64,000 nucleotides of DNA from an uncultured virus (IMG/VR IMGVR_UViG_3300020727_000009) (lineage: Duplodnaviria; Heunggongvirae; Uroviricota; Caudoviricetes), in IMG/VR virus record IMGVR_UViG_3300020727_000009, positions 1-64,000 of that record, one strand, 5' to 3'. The notes under the pieces were generated by a model. The model was not told the origin of the DNA, did not search any database, and was given only the letters and a program-made list of their open reading frames with translations. Positions 53,211-62,301 of this stretch are shown here, in pieces. The position numbers and the translations under genes were made by a program. Each line of letters opens with the position of its first letter. Position 1 is the stretch's first letter.

Positions 53211-55187
53211 ATGAATATAGTTACCACCACAGAACAACTTGCCGAGGTGCTTGACGCCTACATGGCGCAAGATGCTTTTGTATTTGACGTAGAAACTGTA
53301 GGCGATCACCGAGGTGACCCACGCCTAAATATTGTTACGTGGATTGCTATGGCAACCGAAGGCCGTGTAGACGTTATTCCTATGGGCCACCCTAACGGCG
53401 ACTATGTTCGTACTGAGTTCCCTCTGCTCCCTTCTGCGCAAGATCGCATTATAAAAGGTTTGCCTATCCGTCCTTCTGATTACAGCAAGGATGAGCGTAA
53501 GGCCACTAAGATTTTTACAGAGGCTCCAGAACAACTTACTGCTGGAGAAGTGTTCAAGACCCTCAAGCCATTGTTTACTAGCGATAAGCTTAAGATCGGC
53601 CACAACTTAAAGTTTGACCTACAGAGCGTAACTAAGTACGTAAAAGAACTTCCTGCTCAACCTTACTTCTGCACACTCAATGCTGCCTTTGTCCTTAATA
53701 CAAGGAACAGCCTGCATCTTGGCCTAGCCGATTGTTTGAAGCGTGAGCTTGGCTACGAGATGGTCAAGGGCGTAGGTAAAGAAGTAGAGGCGTATTCCTT
53801 TGATGAGGTTGCCACCTATGCTGGTTTAGACGCAGAGTGGACTTGGAAGCTTTACCAAAAGTATCTCGCTGACTTGGGCACCGATAAGCTAGCCGGTATC
53901 TTTAAGCTTGAGATGGATGTTCTTGAGGTTATCTGCCGCATGGAGCTTCGAGGTGCAGACATTGACGTCAACTCCCTATCTACATTGAAAGCTGACTTAG
54001 AGGTTCAGTTAGAGACCACTAAAGCAAAGATCTACAAGTTTGCCGGCAAGGCCTTTAACATCAACAGCGTTCCAGAGAAGCAGACTATCTTGTTCTCTAA
54101 GAAGGCTGATGGTGGGCGGGGGCTACGTCCTAAGGTTCTCACACCTGCAGGACAGAAGAGGGCCGATGCCGGCACCGAGCCTACGGTAAATGACTTCTCT
54201 GTATCAGAGCCTGCCATCAAGATGTTTGAGGGCAAGGACGCTTTGGTAGACGCACTACTAGAGTACTCAGATCTTAACAAGCTTCTTACTACTTATGTAA
54301 TTCCATATCTAGGCGGAGACATTACTCGCACAACCGGCGGTAAAGCTAAGGTTGTGGCTAAGAAGTCTATTATGATTAAGAACCGCATCCACACCGACTT
54401 CATTCAATATGGTGCAGAGACTGGTCGTTTCTCTAGTCGTAACCCTAACCTACAGAACGTACCTAACCCACGTACTAAAAACGGTAAGGCTATCCGCAAC
54501 CTGTTTATTGCCCCAGAAGGTTACAAGCTTGTAGTTGCTGACTATTCCCAGATTGAGCCACGTGTCCTTGCTTCTTTCTCTAAAGACAGGATCTTGTGTG
54601 GCGCATATATGGATGGTGAGGATATCTATACCACCATCGGCAGCACAGTTGGAGTAGATCGCTCTGCTGCCAAAACTTTGGTTCTAGCCATGATGTATGG
54701 TGTGGGACCTGACAAGATCGCTACCTCTATTGGGGTAACGGTTCCTGAGGCACGAAGGTTGCTTGATGAGTTCTTTCATAAGTTCCCTGCTATCGCTCGT
54801 TATAAGAAGCAGGTGATCAAGGAGAGCCGTAACCGTAGTCCTATCCCGTATGCGCTAACCTACATGGGCCGTCGCCGCTATCTGCCAGAACTCAGATCAG
54901 ATGTACAATGGGAACGCTCTAGGGCAGAACGTCAGGCGTTTAACACTGTTATCCAAGGTTCATCAGCAGATCTTATTAAGCTAGCAATGATTAGGGCTAA
55001 TAAGCTTATCCCTGATGAGGCAAGCTTGATCTTAACAATTCATGATGAACTTGTTACGGTCACTCCTGACAATCTTGTTGAAGAGACTGAGGCAGCAATT
55101 CGTGAGGCCATGGAAGGCATCAATGCTCTGCAGATCCCTATGATCGCAGATGTTAAGACAGTTCAGCGTTGGGGAGAGGCAAAGTAA
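53211..55187 (+). CDS. polA: Family A DNA polymerase with 3'-5' exonuclease
   Basis: FDVET, HNLKFD, YA..DA; TGRFSS.NPNLQN, ADYSQIEPR, R..AK....A..YG and IHDEL motifs. Confidence 0.97.
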   Translation: MNIVTTTEQLAEVLDAYMAQDAFVFDVETVGDHRGDPRLNIVTWIAMATEGRVDVIPMGHPNGDYVRTEFPLLPSAQDRIIKGLPIRPSDYSKDERKATKIFTEAPEQLTAGEVFKTLKPLFTSDKLKIGHNLKFDLQSVTKYVKELPAQPYFCTLNAAFVLNTRNSLHLGLADCLKRELGYEMVKGVGKEVEAYSFDEVATYAGLDAEWTWKLYQKYLADLGTDKLAGIFKLEMDVLEVICRMELRGADIDVNSLSTLKADLEVQLETTKAKIYKFAGKAFNINSVPEKQTILFSKKADGGRGLRPKVLTPAGQKRADAGTEPTVNDFSVSEPAIKMFEGKDALVDALLEYSDLNKLLTTYVIPYLGGDITRTTGGKAKVVAKKSIMIKNRIHTDFIQYGAETGRFSSRNPNLQNVPNPRTKNGKAIRNLFIAPEGYKLVVADYSQIEPRVLASFSKDRILCGAYMDGEDIYTTIGSTVGVDRSAAKTLVLAMMYGVGPDKIATSIGVTVPEARRLLDEFFHKFPAIARYKKQVIKESRNRSPIPYALTYMGRRRYLPELRSDVQWERSRAERQAFNTVIQGSSADLIKLAMIRANKLIPDEASLILTIHDELVTVTPDNLVEETEAAIREAMEGINALQIPMIADVKTVQRWGEAK

Positions 55188-55627
55188 TGTTCGGGCGCAA
55201 AAAGAAAAGGATGGTTGTTTTTGAGGATTCCCTCAATAAGCACATCCCTTTGCCGGTACTCATTAGGCAGACTATCTACGATACTATGCTTATGCCTGCA
55301 GAAGAGATCGCAGAGATTATGGGCTTACCGCCTATCTCAGAAGAAGTATCCGAGATGGAAGAACGGGCAAGCCAGGAGCGTCTAGAGAGGTTTGCTCACC
55401 TCATACCTTTTATAGACTCCCACGCAGATGTCTGCTCAAAAATAGCTATAGCAGCCTATCTAATTGAAGAAGAAGATTCCCCTAAAGAGGAGAAGTATAC
55501 GGACGATGACATTGACTCCTTAGCCAAGATGTTCAGGCTAGTGTCTCTATCTGCAACCATGTCCTGCCTATCAACATTGTTTAATCTAGAACTAATACAA
55601 GAAAGGGATATCCATAGTGTCAACTAA
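55187..55627 (+). CDS. Hypothetical protein
   Basis: TAATG coupling with polA. Confidence 0.7.
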   Translation: MFGRKKKRMVVFEDSLNKHIPLPVLIRQTIYDTMLMPAEEIAEIMGLPPISEEVSEMEERASQERLERFAHLIPFIDSHADVCSKIAIAAYLIEEEDSPKEEKYTDDDIDSLAKMFRLVSLSATMSCLSTLFNLELIQERDIHSVN

Positions 55628-56003
55628 TTGGTGGGCAAACAAGTTAGGTGGCGGTGCGTCTGCTCCTGCAAGCACTCCCGCAACCGGACCTTTGCCTGGA
55701 AACGTATATCAACCTACCACGGTAAACACTCCGGTTACCTATGATCCTAGCAGGGACCAAACAGTAACCAAAGCAGTAAGCGCACGCAACAACGATAGTT
55801 GTCCAAACTGTTTCTCAGGCAACTACTTTGCTCCTCAAGGTACTGGTCGTGCTCGATGCTACGACTGTGGATACCCATTGTTGCAGCAAGGCTCCGGCGC
55901 AGGAATGCCTGGCGGAGGTAGCGGAGGCGCTGCAACCCCAGCTAAACAAGTCGGGCAATCAGGTGGCTTTAACCCAAACGTCATAGTAGATAGGATCGGA
56001 TAA
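55617..56003 (+). CDS. Hypothetical zinc-ribbon protein
   Basis: CPNC...CYDCGYP; Gly/Pro-rich. Confidence 0.75.
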   Translation: MSTNWWANKLGGGASAPASTPATGPLPGNVYQPTTVNTPVTYDPSRDQTVTKAVSARNNDSCPNCFSGNYFAPQGTGRARCYDCGYPLLQQGSGAGMPGGGSGGAATPAKQVGQSGGFNPNVIVDRIG

Positions 56004-57064
56004 TGGCAGTAATCAGTCCAGATGCACTCAAGGTAGTTGCAAACATTAACAAGAAGCTTGGTGCTGGTACGGTTGTCCGTGCTAGTGAGGTCAATCTTCC
56101 TAACCGTATCCCTACCGGATCTCTAACCCTAGACGTAGTTCTTGGTGGGGGTTGGCCTATGAACCGTTGGGTAGAACTTGTAGGCGAAGCGTCTCATGGA
56201 AAGACTGCCATTGCCTTGCGCACCATCGCAGCTAACCAGGCTAAGAACCCAGAGTTCACTGCCGTGTGGATTGCTGCAGAAGATTTTGATCCCGAGTACG
56301 CAGAGCTTTGCGGGGTTGATACAGAACGTGTAATTATCGTAGAGACTAATAGTATGGAGGATGCATTTGACGCAGTTATTCAATTCATGGAAAGCAAAGC
56401 GGTTGACATGGTTGTTATTGACAGCCTTCCTGCTCTTGTTCCTAGTGCAGAAGATGAAAAGCACATGGGAGAGTTTACTGTGGGACGAGGAGCTTTAATA
56501 ACCAACAAGTTCTTCCGTAAAGTTTCGTCCGCTACCAAGCGTGACCTTATCGAATCAGAACGTCCAGTGCTGGGCATTATGATCAATCAGTACCGTATGA
56601 AGATCGGCGTCATGCACGGCGACCCTCGTACAACACCAGGAGGTCTTGGCAAAGACTACGCCTACAGCGTTCGTTGCGAAGTAAAGCGTGACGATTGGCT
56701 CGAGGTAGGCACCGGACAAGAGAAGCGTCGTGTGGGGCAAACGATTCGTGTCCGTACTATTAAGAACAAGACCTATCCCCCACAGCAGACTGCTTACCTG
56801 GACTTCTACTTCTCAGAGGGTGGGCCTATTGATGCCGGTAGCTATGACACCGGTAAAGAGATTGTCTCTCTAGCCATCTTGAATGGCATTGTAGAACGTC
56901 GTGGCGGCTGGATGTATTATAAGGATCGTAAGTGGCAGGGTGCACAGGCTCTGATTGACTCTCTTCGTGAAGAGTTGGACCTCAGTTCCGAGATTAGCGC
57001 TGCAGTTATGGATACCCTTAAGAACAGCCCAGCCCTAATGATGGAGACTCCTGATGAAGAGTGA
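56003..57064 (+). CDS. recA: RecA-like recombinase
   Basis: IPTGSLTLD..LGGG.P, GEASHGKT, VVIDS, INQ.R.KIG and TTPGG motifs. Confidence 0.97.
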   Translation: MAVISPDALKVVANINKKLGAGTVVRASEVNLPNRIPTGSLTLDVVLGGGWPMNRWVELVGEASHGKTAIALRTIAANQAKNPEFTAVWIAAEDFDPEYAELCGVDTERVIIVETNSMEDAFDAVIQFMESKAVDMVVIDSLPALVPSAEDEKHMGEFTVGRGALITNKFFRKVSSATKRDLIESERPVLGIMINQYRMKIGVMHGDPRTTPGGLGKDYAYSVRCEVKRDDWLEVGTGQEKRRVGQTIRVRTIKNKTYPPQQTAYLDFYFSEGGPIDAGSYDTGKEIVSLAILNGIVERRGGWMYYKDRKWQGAQALIDSLREELDLSSEISAAVMDTLKNSPALMMETPDEE

Positions 57065-57398
57065 GGGTCAGAAGCAGTCCCTTAAGCACGAGAAGCGTCT
57101 GGCTGCCCTAACGGGTGGCCAGCGCAGTGCTGGTTCAGGATCCTTTTGGTCTCGTAAAGGTGATGTCAGAAATGACCACTACCTGTTCGAGCATAAGTGG
57201 ACCAGTAAGAAGTCTTTTAGCATCCAGTCCTCTATCCTGGACAAGATAACCACAGAGGCTATCTTAGACAGCAGGGAGCCGGTGCTGGCCTTTCACCTAG
57301 ATGGCCAAGACTATGTGATTATCCAAGAGCACCATTTTCATGAATTAACAAATGCCATGTACAATAGCGGTGTGGGGGGCCACAACGAATTGGACTAA
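57054..57398 (+). CDS. PD-(D/E)xK nuclease (resolvase-like)
   Basis: HEKR...GSG....KGDV...FEHK. Confidence 0.8.
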   Translation: MKSEGQKQSLKHEKRLAALTGGQRSAGSGSFWSRKGDVRNDHYLFEHKWTSKKSFSIQSSILDKITTEAILDSREPVLAFHLDGQDYVIIQEHHFHELTNAMYNSGVGGHNELD

Positions 57399-57401
57399 TA
57401 A

Positions 57402-57740
57402 ATGGTATTGCGTTACTCAGACGACCCATCATGGACTTGGCGGTATGACGCCAAGTGTCAGGGAGAAGACACAGAGATCTTCTTTCCTCCAAGAGATAAA
57501 GCATTGTACAAACCGATTGCAGATAAAGCTAAAGCTATTTGTTGGGGTAAGGACGGTCGCCCTCCTTGCCCAGTTAGACAAGAGTGTCTTAAGGAAGCTA
57601 TACTGGTATCGGAGCAGCACGGAATATTTGGCGGCATGTCGCATAGAGAAAGAAATGCTGTAGAGCGTAAGATCAAAAAACAGGGGATCACTCTAGATGA
57701 GTGGTTGGAGAAAGAGGGCAGAAAGTATGGGCAAACCTAA
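57402..57740 (+). CDS. whiB: WhiB-family transcription factor 2 (CX8C variant)
   Basis: AKC...FFP...AKAICWGKDGRPPCPVRQEC...GIFGG...ER. Confidence 0.9.
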   Translation: MVLRYSDDPSWTWRYDAKCQGEDTEIFFPPRDKALYKPIADKAKAICWGKDGRPPCPVRQECLKEAILVSEQHGIFGGMSHRERNAVERKIKKQGITLDEWLEKEGRKYGQT

Positions 57741-58608
57741 GACTATTGCCAGTAAAGATCTAAAGGCATTTCTAGCAACCAGTAAGCGTGAGACTCGTTT
57801 AATGGGTGCTGTAGAGCGCCACGTATTGTCCCGTCCGTTCGATGATCGGGACATGAGCTACATCCACCCTTCAGATATTATTAAAGATGATTGGTGTGCA
57901 CTTGCGCAGTACCACGCACTTAAGGGTAACTATGTAGAGACTCGAGATAAGCCTACAGCCCGACTTGCATCTATCTTTGCAGAGGGCCACACCATCCACG
58001 CTAAGTGGCAGAACTGGTTTAAAGAGATGGGCGTTCTCTATGGTAAGTGGTCTACGCCAAAGCTAGCACCTTTCTGGTCATCATCATCTAGCTTTACTGA
58101 CTTAGGTTGGGAAGAGATCCCTACCTACATGGAAGTGCCTCTACGTAGCGATAAGCATATGATGCGTGGACATGCTGACGGCTGGATCAAAGGTCTAGGC
58201 GATGATTGCTTAATTGAGATCAAGTCCCTAGGTTCTGGCGGTATACGCATGGAAGCTCCTGCTGTAATGGAGCAGGCTAACGGTAACGTAGAGCTTGCTT
58301 GGAAAAACATCAAGACTCCTTTCCGTGCACACCAGCTTCAGGGTCAGGTCTACCTCCACCTTTGCCATCTGATGGTTGAGGAGGGGTCGCTAGATTCTGC
58401 TCCCAAAGAGATTGTCTTTATCTATGAGCTTAAGGCTAACCAAGAGTACAAAGAGTTTGTTGTAGCTTACAATCCAGAGTTTACAAAGGAAATCTTTGAC
58501 AAGGCTCTAGATGTAGCGTGGGCTGCTAACAACGACCGCCCACCGCTTTGTAGTATAAACATTGAAAAGGGCTGCACACGTTGCGCCCCATTCCAGGAGG
58601 CAAAGTGA
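57727..58608 (+). CDS. Cas4/RecB-like exonuclease
   Basis: HPS...C, G..IH, GHADG, IEIKS and Q.Q.Y motifs; C-terminal C...CxxC. Confidence 0.88.
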   Translation: MGKPKTIASKDLKAFLATSKRETRLMGAVERHVLSRPFDDRDMSYIHPSDIIKDDWCALAQYHALKGNYVETRDKPTARLASIFAEGHTIHAKWQNWFKEMGVLYGKWSTPKLAPFWSSSSSFTDLGWEEIPTYMEVPLRSDKHMMRGHADGWIKGLGDDCLIEIKSLGSGGIRMEAPAVMEQANGNVELAWKNIKTPFRAHQLQGQVYLHLCHLMVEEGSLDSAPKEIVFIYELKANQEYKEFVVAYNPEFTKEIFDKALDVAWAANNDRPPLCSINIEKGCTRCAPFQEAK

Positions 58609-58730
58609 GCAAGGTGCACGATAACAAAGGTTACTGTGGAGAGTGTGGTAGTTACTCAACAGAGTGTAAGACACTTGACTTTCACGGTATGAAACAAAAA
58701 GTCTGTAAAAAATGTCGGGGGGCAAAATGA
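58605..58730 (+). CDS. Small zinc-finger protein (41 aa; not in ORF track)
   Basis: GGAGG RBS; MSKVHDNKGYCGECG...VCKKCRGAK; overlaps both neighbours by 4 bp. Confidence 0.75.
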   Translation: MSKVHDNKGYCGECGSYSTECKTLDFHGMKQKVCKKCRGAK

Positions 58731-59209
58731 GTATCAGTAGAGATGTGTTAGCCGCAGTTAACGAACTTGGATTCTCTTTGACTGCAAAGCCTGAGTACGA
58801 GATTCCGGCGCTACCCCGTGACATTACTGAGCTGGATGACGAAGGTCTCATGGATCTCTTTGTTCAGTTTACGCAATGGAACGACCACCTAGCCGGTGCT
58901 CACGCTATTGCTATTATTAATGAGAGAGAAGCTCAACGAAACCTTGACACCCAGGAAGCTGCCAGTATGCTGCGGCATTGGACTGGTGCAAAGGGAGATC
59001 GTGTAGCCTTGATCAAAGCTCAGATCGCTTCTACTACCGAGGTTAAAGATTTGCAGCATGATCTAGATGTTAAGTATGCTTTCCGTAAGATCATTGAAAC
59101 AAGAACTCTCAATGTTGAGAGGGATTCACAAGTAGTGTCTCGTGAGCTGACCCGCCGCACATCCGATGGTGGAGGCATGCGAGCTAGGACTAGGAGGTTC
59201 AATACATGA
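58727..59209 (+). CDS. Helical protein, possibly a UvsY-like recombination mediator
   Basis: Coiled coil ending in SRELTRR; recombination gene context. Confidence 0.5.
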   Translation: MSISRDVLAAVNELGFSLTAKPEYEIPALPRDITELDDEGLMDLFVQFTQWNDHLAGAHAIAIINEREAQRNLDTQEAASMLRHWTGAKGDRVALIKAQIASTTEVKDLQHDLDVKYAFRKIIETRTLNVERDSQVVSRELTRRTSDGGGMRARTRRFNT

Positions 59210-59490
59210 GTAAGCGCCAGGAAAAGATCGCCGCACGTATCGAAGAGCAACAGCTCTTTCTTAAAGCCCGTGAGCGGTTTAATATGTCTCGCTTCATGCA
59301 GGCCCACTACTTGGGTAAGCAGATGTTTGAAGAAGGTAAGGATAAACTTACTGATGGTGAGATCGCTATGCTAGAGGACCAAATAGCTGAAAACCAAACT
59401 ATTATTGACGAGTATCTAAAGCGGGAGGGTCTATATGCCGAGCCAGAGTCGGAAACACCGGGGCTACCGGACACAGAAGTTAGTAGCTGA
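59206..59490 (+). CDS. Hypothetical protein
   Basis: GGAGG RBS. Confidence 0.7.
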   Translation: MSKRQEKIAARIEEQQLFLKARERFNMSRFMQAHYLGKQMFEEGKDKLTDGEIAMLEDQIAENQTIIDEYLKREGLYAEPESETPGLPDTEVSS

Positions 59491-59782
59491 GTATCTTGCT
59501 AAACGAGGCTTTCCGTTCGCAGAAAGTACGGGTGCTGGTAGATCTGGCACTGATATTACCGGTACTGTTGGTATTGATTGGGAAGTAAAGGCTAGGGCTG
59601 ATTTCAACCCTAGCGGGGCCATGAAGCAGCTCAAGGATCGTGCTAATGAGAATGATCTACCTGTGGTAGTTCTCCGCTTAAACGGCCAAGGGGAGGCTTC
59701 TGTAGGGGAGTTTATGACCTGCCTTCGGTTAGAAGATTTTGTGAAGTTAATTAGGGATGCGGGATACGGCGATACACCGTAA
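59435..59782 (+). CDS. Holliday junction resolvase-like PD-(D/E)xK nuclease
   Basis: KHRG...VAEYL..G...GTDI.....WEVK. Confidence 0.85.
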   Translation: MPSQSRKHRGYRTQKLVAEYLAKRGFPFAESTGAGRSGTDITGTVGIDWEVKARADFNPSGAMKQLKDRANENDLPVVVLRLNGQGEASVGEFMTCLRLEDFVKLIRDAGYGDTP

Positions 59783-59833
59783 GATATGTTCCTAGGTGGG
59801 CGACTAAAAATCGAACCTAAAGGACTACAAATC

Positions 59834-60112
59834 GTGAATGAAGAAAAAGAAGACGGATTCTTGCGTGTAGGCGCTGGATCTAATGCCCAAGCCGTAGGCT
59901 CAGCCATTGCACACGCACTGTATGAATCACCACAGGTAAAGCTCCGGGCAGTAGGAGCATCAGCAGTAAACCAGGCAGTAAAGGCAATTGCAATCGCAAG
60001 AGGCTATGTAGCCCCTCGTGGTTTAGACCTTAGCTGCCGTCCAGGATTTACCACTGTAGAGTCTAGGGATGGCAACATCTCAGCAATAGTCTTTACAATC
60101 TCGGTAAGTTAA
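59834..60112 (+). CDS. spoVS: SpoVS-family (Alba-like) protein
   Basis: S....VGSAIA...AVGASAVNQAVKAIAIARGYVAP.G.DL.C.PGF; GTG 59834 after AAGGA. Confidence 0.9.
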   Translation: MNEEKEDGFLRVGAGSNAQAVGSAIAHALYESPQVKLRAVGASAVNQAVKAIAIARGYVAPRGLDLSCRPGFTTVESRDGNISAIVFTISVS

Positions 60113-60155
60113 TCTATTATTAGTACCAAGAGATCTCTAACAGTTAGGTACCAAC

Positions 60156-60515
60156 ATGGCAACTCCAGAACAAGAAGCATTGGCGGGAATGGCAAAGGTT
60201 GGCGCACCACGTGAGCCAATGGGCCAGAAGCCTGTTTCATTCACTTCTCCTTCAGCTAAGCCTGAACAAGGAACACCTGTAAAGAAGAAGAACACTGCAG
60301 CCGGTGATCCTACCGCAGCAGGCACAAAGAAGAACCGTGCTAACCGTCCTTACGCAGGACAGGAGCGTCTAGGCGCTCGCTACGGCGTTAAGGCAAGCTA
60401 TGCACCACAGACAGAACCTGCTGCTGGTCTTACACAGGCTAACAGCAAGATCATCAGCCCATCAGTCATTCGTCAGAAGGATTCATGGTCTGAAGGAATG
60501 GAAACTTCCTACTAA
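60156..60515 (+). CDS. Hypothetical basic, probably disordered protein
   Basis: Highly biased codons; followed by a hairpin. Confidence 0.75.
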   Translation: MATPEQEALAGMAKVGAPREPMGQKPVSFTSPSAKPEQGTPVKKKNTAAGDPTAAGTKKNRANRPYAGQERLGARYGVKASYAPQTEPAAGLTQANSKIISPSVIRQKDSWSEGMETSY

Positions 60516-60527
60516 ATCGGATATACT

Positions 60528-60559
60528 ATTAGCAGGGCCTGTAACAGGGCTCTGCTAAT
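60528..60559 (+). terminator. Stem-loop after 60156..60515
   Basis: ATTAGCAGGGCC-tgtaacag-GGCTCTGCTAAT. Confidence 0.55.
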
Positions 60560-60577
60560 CTAAACATTGGGGGCAAT

Positions 60578-60808
60578 GTGTTACAAGGGCTATACGAAAA
60601 AGCAAAAATCGAAAACGCTGCAAACCGTTGTGTTGTAGCTCAGTGGGGCATTCAGTTTGAGGGCGCAGATAGAGACGCATTCAATCAGTCTATTTCAGAC
60701 GATGAGTTCTCCAATAAGAATCTATATAACCTTTACAAAGATGCCGGGGCTACCTTTAGTATCTCGTCTCTCCGTGCACATAGATTAGGAGAGTGCGGAT
60801 GTCGCTAG
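60578..60808 (+). CDS. Hypothetical protein (C...H....C.C)
   Basis: Precedes and overlaps the phosphoesterase gene. Confidence 0.7.
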   Translation: MLQGLYEKAKIENAANRCVVAQWGIQFEGADRDAFNQSISDDEFSNKNLYNLYKDAGATFSISSLRAHRLGECGCR

Positions 60809-61956
60809 GCGAATCATATAACGAGGCCAAGGCAGAGGTCGTTACCAACAATGCCATTAACTCTATTGAAAAGCTTCTTAAAGCTAACGGACTAACTCCA
60901 GAAGATGTTGGCAAGATCAGCAAGGTTAGTTTGTCTAATAACCCTGATGACACTAAGATCATCTTGTCTCCTGCTTGGAACGAGGGTCCAAAGTGGCAGC
61001 CTGTACAGCAGGCCGCACCTACAGTTGTACAGCCAAAGGTTCGTACACCTGCTCTAATTAGCAGTAACTGGAAAGTTGCAGTAGCACTTCCAGACCCACA
61101 GATTGGCTATCGCCGTTATGAAGACGGTACGCTAGACCCATTCCACGATGAGGACGCTATGGACGTAGCGCTTCAGGTAGTAGGTTTAGATCATGGCCAT
61201 CCTGTAGATCAGGTAATTAACCTAGGGGATTTCCTAGACCTACCTATGTACGGCACCTATGAACAAGAAGCTGTCTTTGCGCATACCGCACAGTTGGCTA
61301 TTGATCGTGGCCACTTGTTCTTAGCAGAGCAGCGTGCTGAGGCCGGTGCAGATGCTCGTATCATCCTTCTAGAAGGAAACCACGACAAGCGTCTTAACCG
61401 CTTCATCAATACAAATGCTGCTGCAGCTTATGGTTTGAAGGTGGCTAATATGCCAAACTCATGGCCTGTAAACAGCTTGCAGAATCTATTACGCTGTGAC
61501 GAACTAGGAGTGGAGTTTATTGATGGCTACCCAGCTGCTGCACACTGGATTAATAAGCGTCTTCGTGCTATGCACGGTGATCGTGCTAACTCTTCTGGCT
61601 CAACGGCTGCACAATATGCGAATTCGAATCCAAATATCTCTACGTTATTTGGTCATATTCATCGCATGGAACAGCAATCCAAGACTGTATTTGATCGTGA
61701 CCAGGCCATTAAAAGTGTCTCTTTTAGCCCGGGATGCCTCTGCAGGGTTGACGGTGCAGTCCCTTCCGTTAAGGGCGGTGTTGATGTCAAAGGTCAAGCT
61801 CTACAGTATTTTGAGAACTGGCAGCAAGGAGTAAGCGTTATCTTCTTTAAAGATGGGGATGATGATAGCTTCCACTTTGATCAAGTTCACATTCATAAAG
61901 GTAAGACTATGTACCGTGGACAAGAGATTGTATCTACAAGACTAGCAGTTCAGTAG
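60799..61956 (+). CDS. Calcineurin-like metallophosphoesterase
   Basis: PDPQ, LGDFLD, GNHD, HG and GHIH motifs. Confidence 0.9.
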   Translation: MSLGESYNEAKAEVVTNNAINSIEKLLKANGLTPEDVGKISKVSLSNNPDDTKIILSPAWNEGPKWQPVQQAAPTVVQPKVRTPALISSNWKVAVALPDPQIGYRRYEDGTLDPFHDEDAMDVALQVVGLDHGHPVDQVINLGDFLDLPMYGTYEQEAVFAHTAQLAIDRGHLFLAEQRAEAGADARIILLEGNHDKRLNRFINTNAAAAYGLKVANMPNSWPVNSLQNLLRCDELGVEFIDGYPAAAHWINKRLRAMHGDRANSSGSTAAQYANSNPNISTLFGHIHRMEQQSKTVFDRDQAIKSVSFSPGCLCRVDGAVPSVKGGVDVKGQALQYFENWQQGVSVIFFKDGDDDSFHFDQVHIHKGKTMYRGQEIVSTRLAVQ

Positions 61957-61972
61957 TTACGTTTAGCGATAC

Positions 61973-62019
61973 AGATAAGCCGGTGTAGTGCACAATATGT
62001 GCATACGCCGGCTTTATCT
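61973..62019 (+). promoter_or_regulatory. Long hairpin ahead of the lysis cassette
   Basis: AGATAAGCCGGTGTAgTGCACA-ata-TGTGCATACGCCGGCTTtATCT. Confidence 0.65.
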
Positions 62020-62034
62020 ATTAGAGGAGACTCT

Positions 62035-62301
62035 GTGAGCAACAATACTATTAATATTTTGCAGGGTATCTCTGCTGCTTTGGCTATTATTGGTGCTTTT
62101 GGTTTCTCATTCCGTTGGGTTATCAAGCACTACCTATCAGAATTACGCCCAAACCACGGCTCATCCCTTAATGACAAGATCAACCTAGAGATTATTCCTC
62201 TTCTTAAAGAGCTTAGGGCACATCAAGAAAAGATCGGACTAAAGGTTGCTAAATTAGAGGGTCGTTTCGAACAACACGTAGACGACGTAGAGGCAGAATA
62301 A
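62035..62301 (+). CDS. Single-TM membrane protein (lysis-cassette type)
   Basis: GAGGAG RBS, GTG start; TM segment followed by ELRPNHGSSLND and a coiled coil. Confidence 0.75.
   Translation: MSNNTINILQGISAALAIIGAFGFSFRWVIKHYLSELRPNHGSSLNDKINLEIIPLLKELRAHQEKIGLKVAKLEGRFEQHVDDVEAE

Noticed and set aside
57727..58608. CRISPR-Cas system suggested by the Cas4-like gene
   Set aside because: No array or other cas genes; stand-alone Cas4-like exonucleases are common in phage recombination modules
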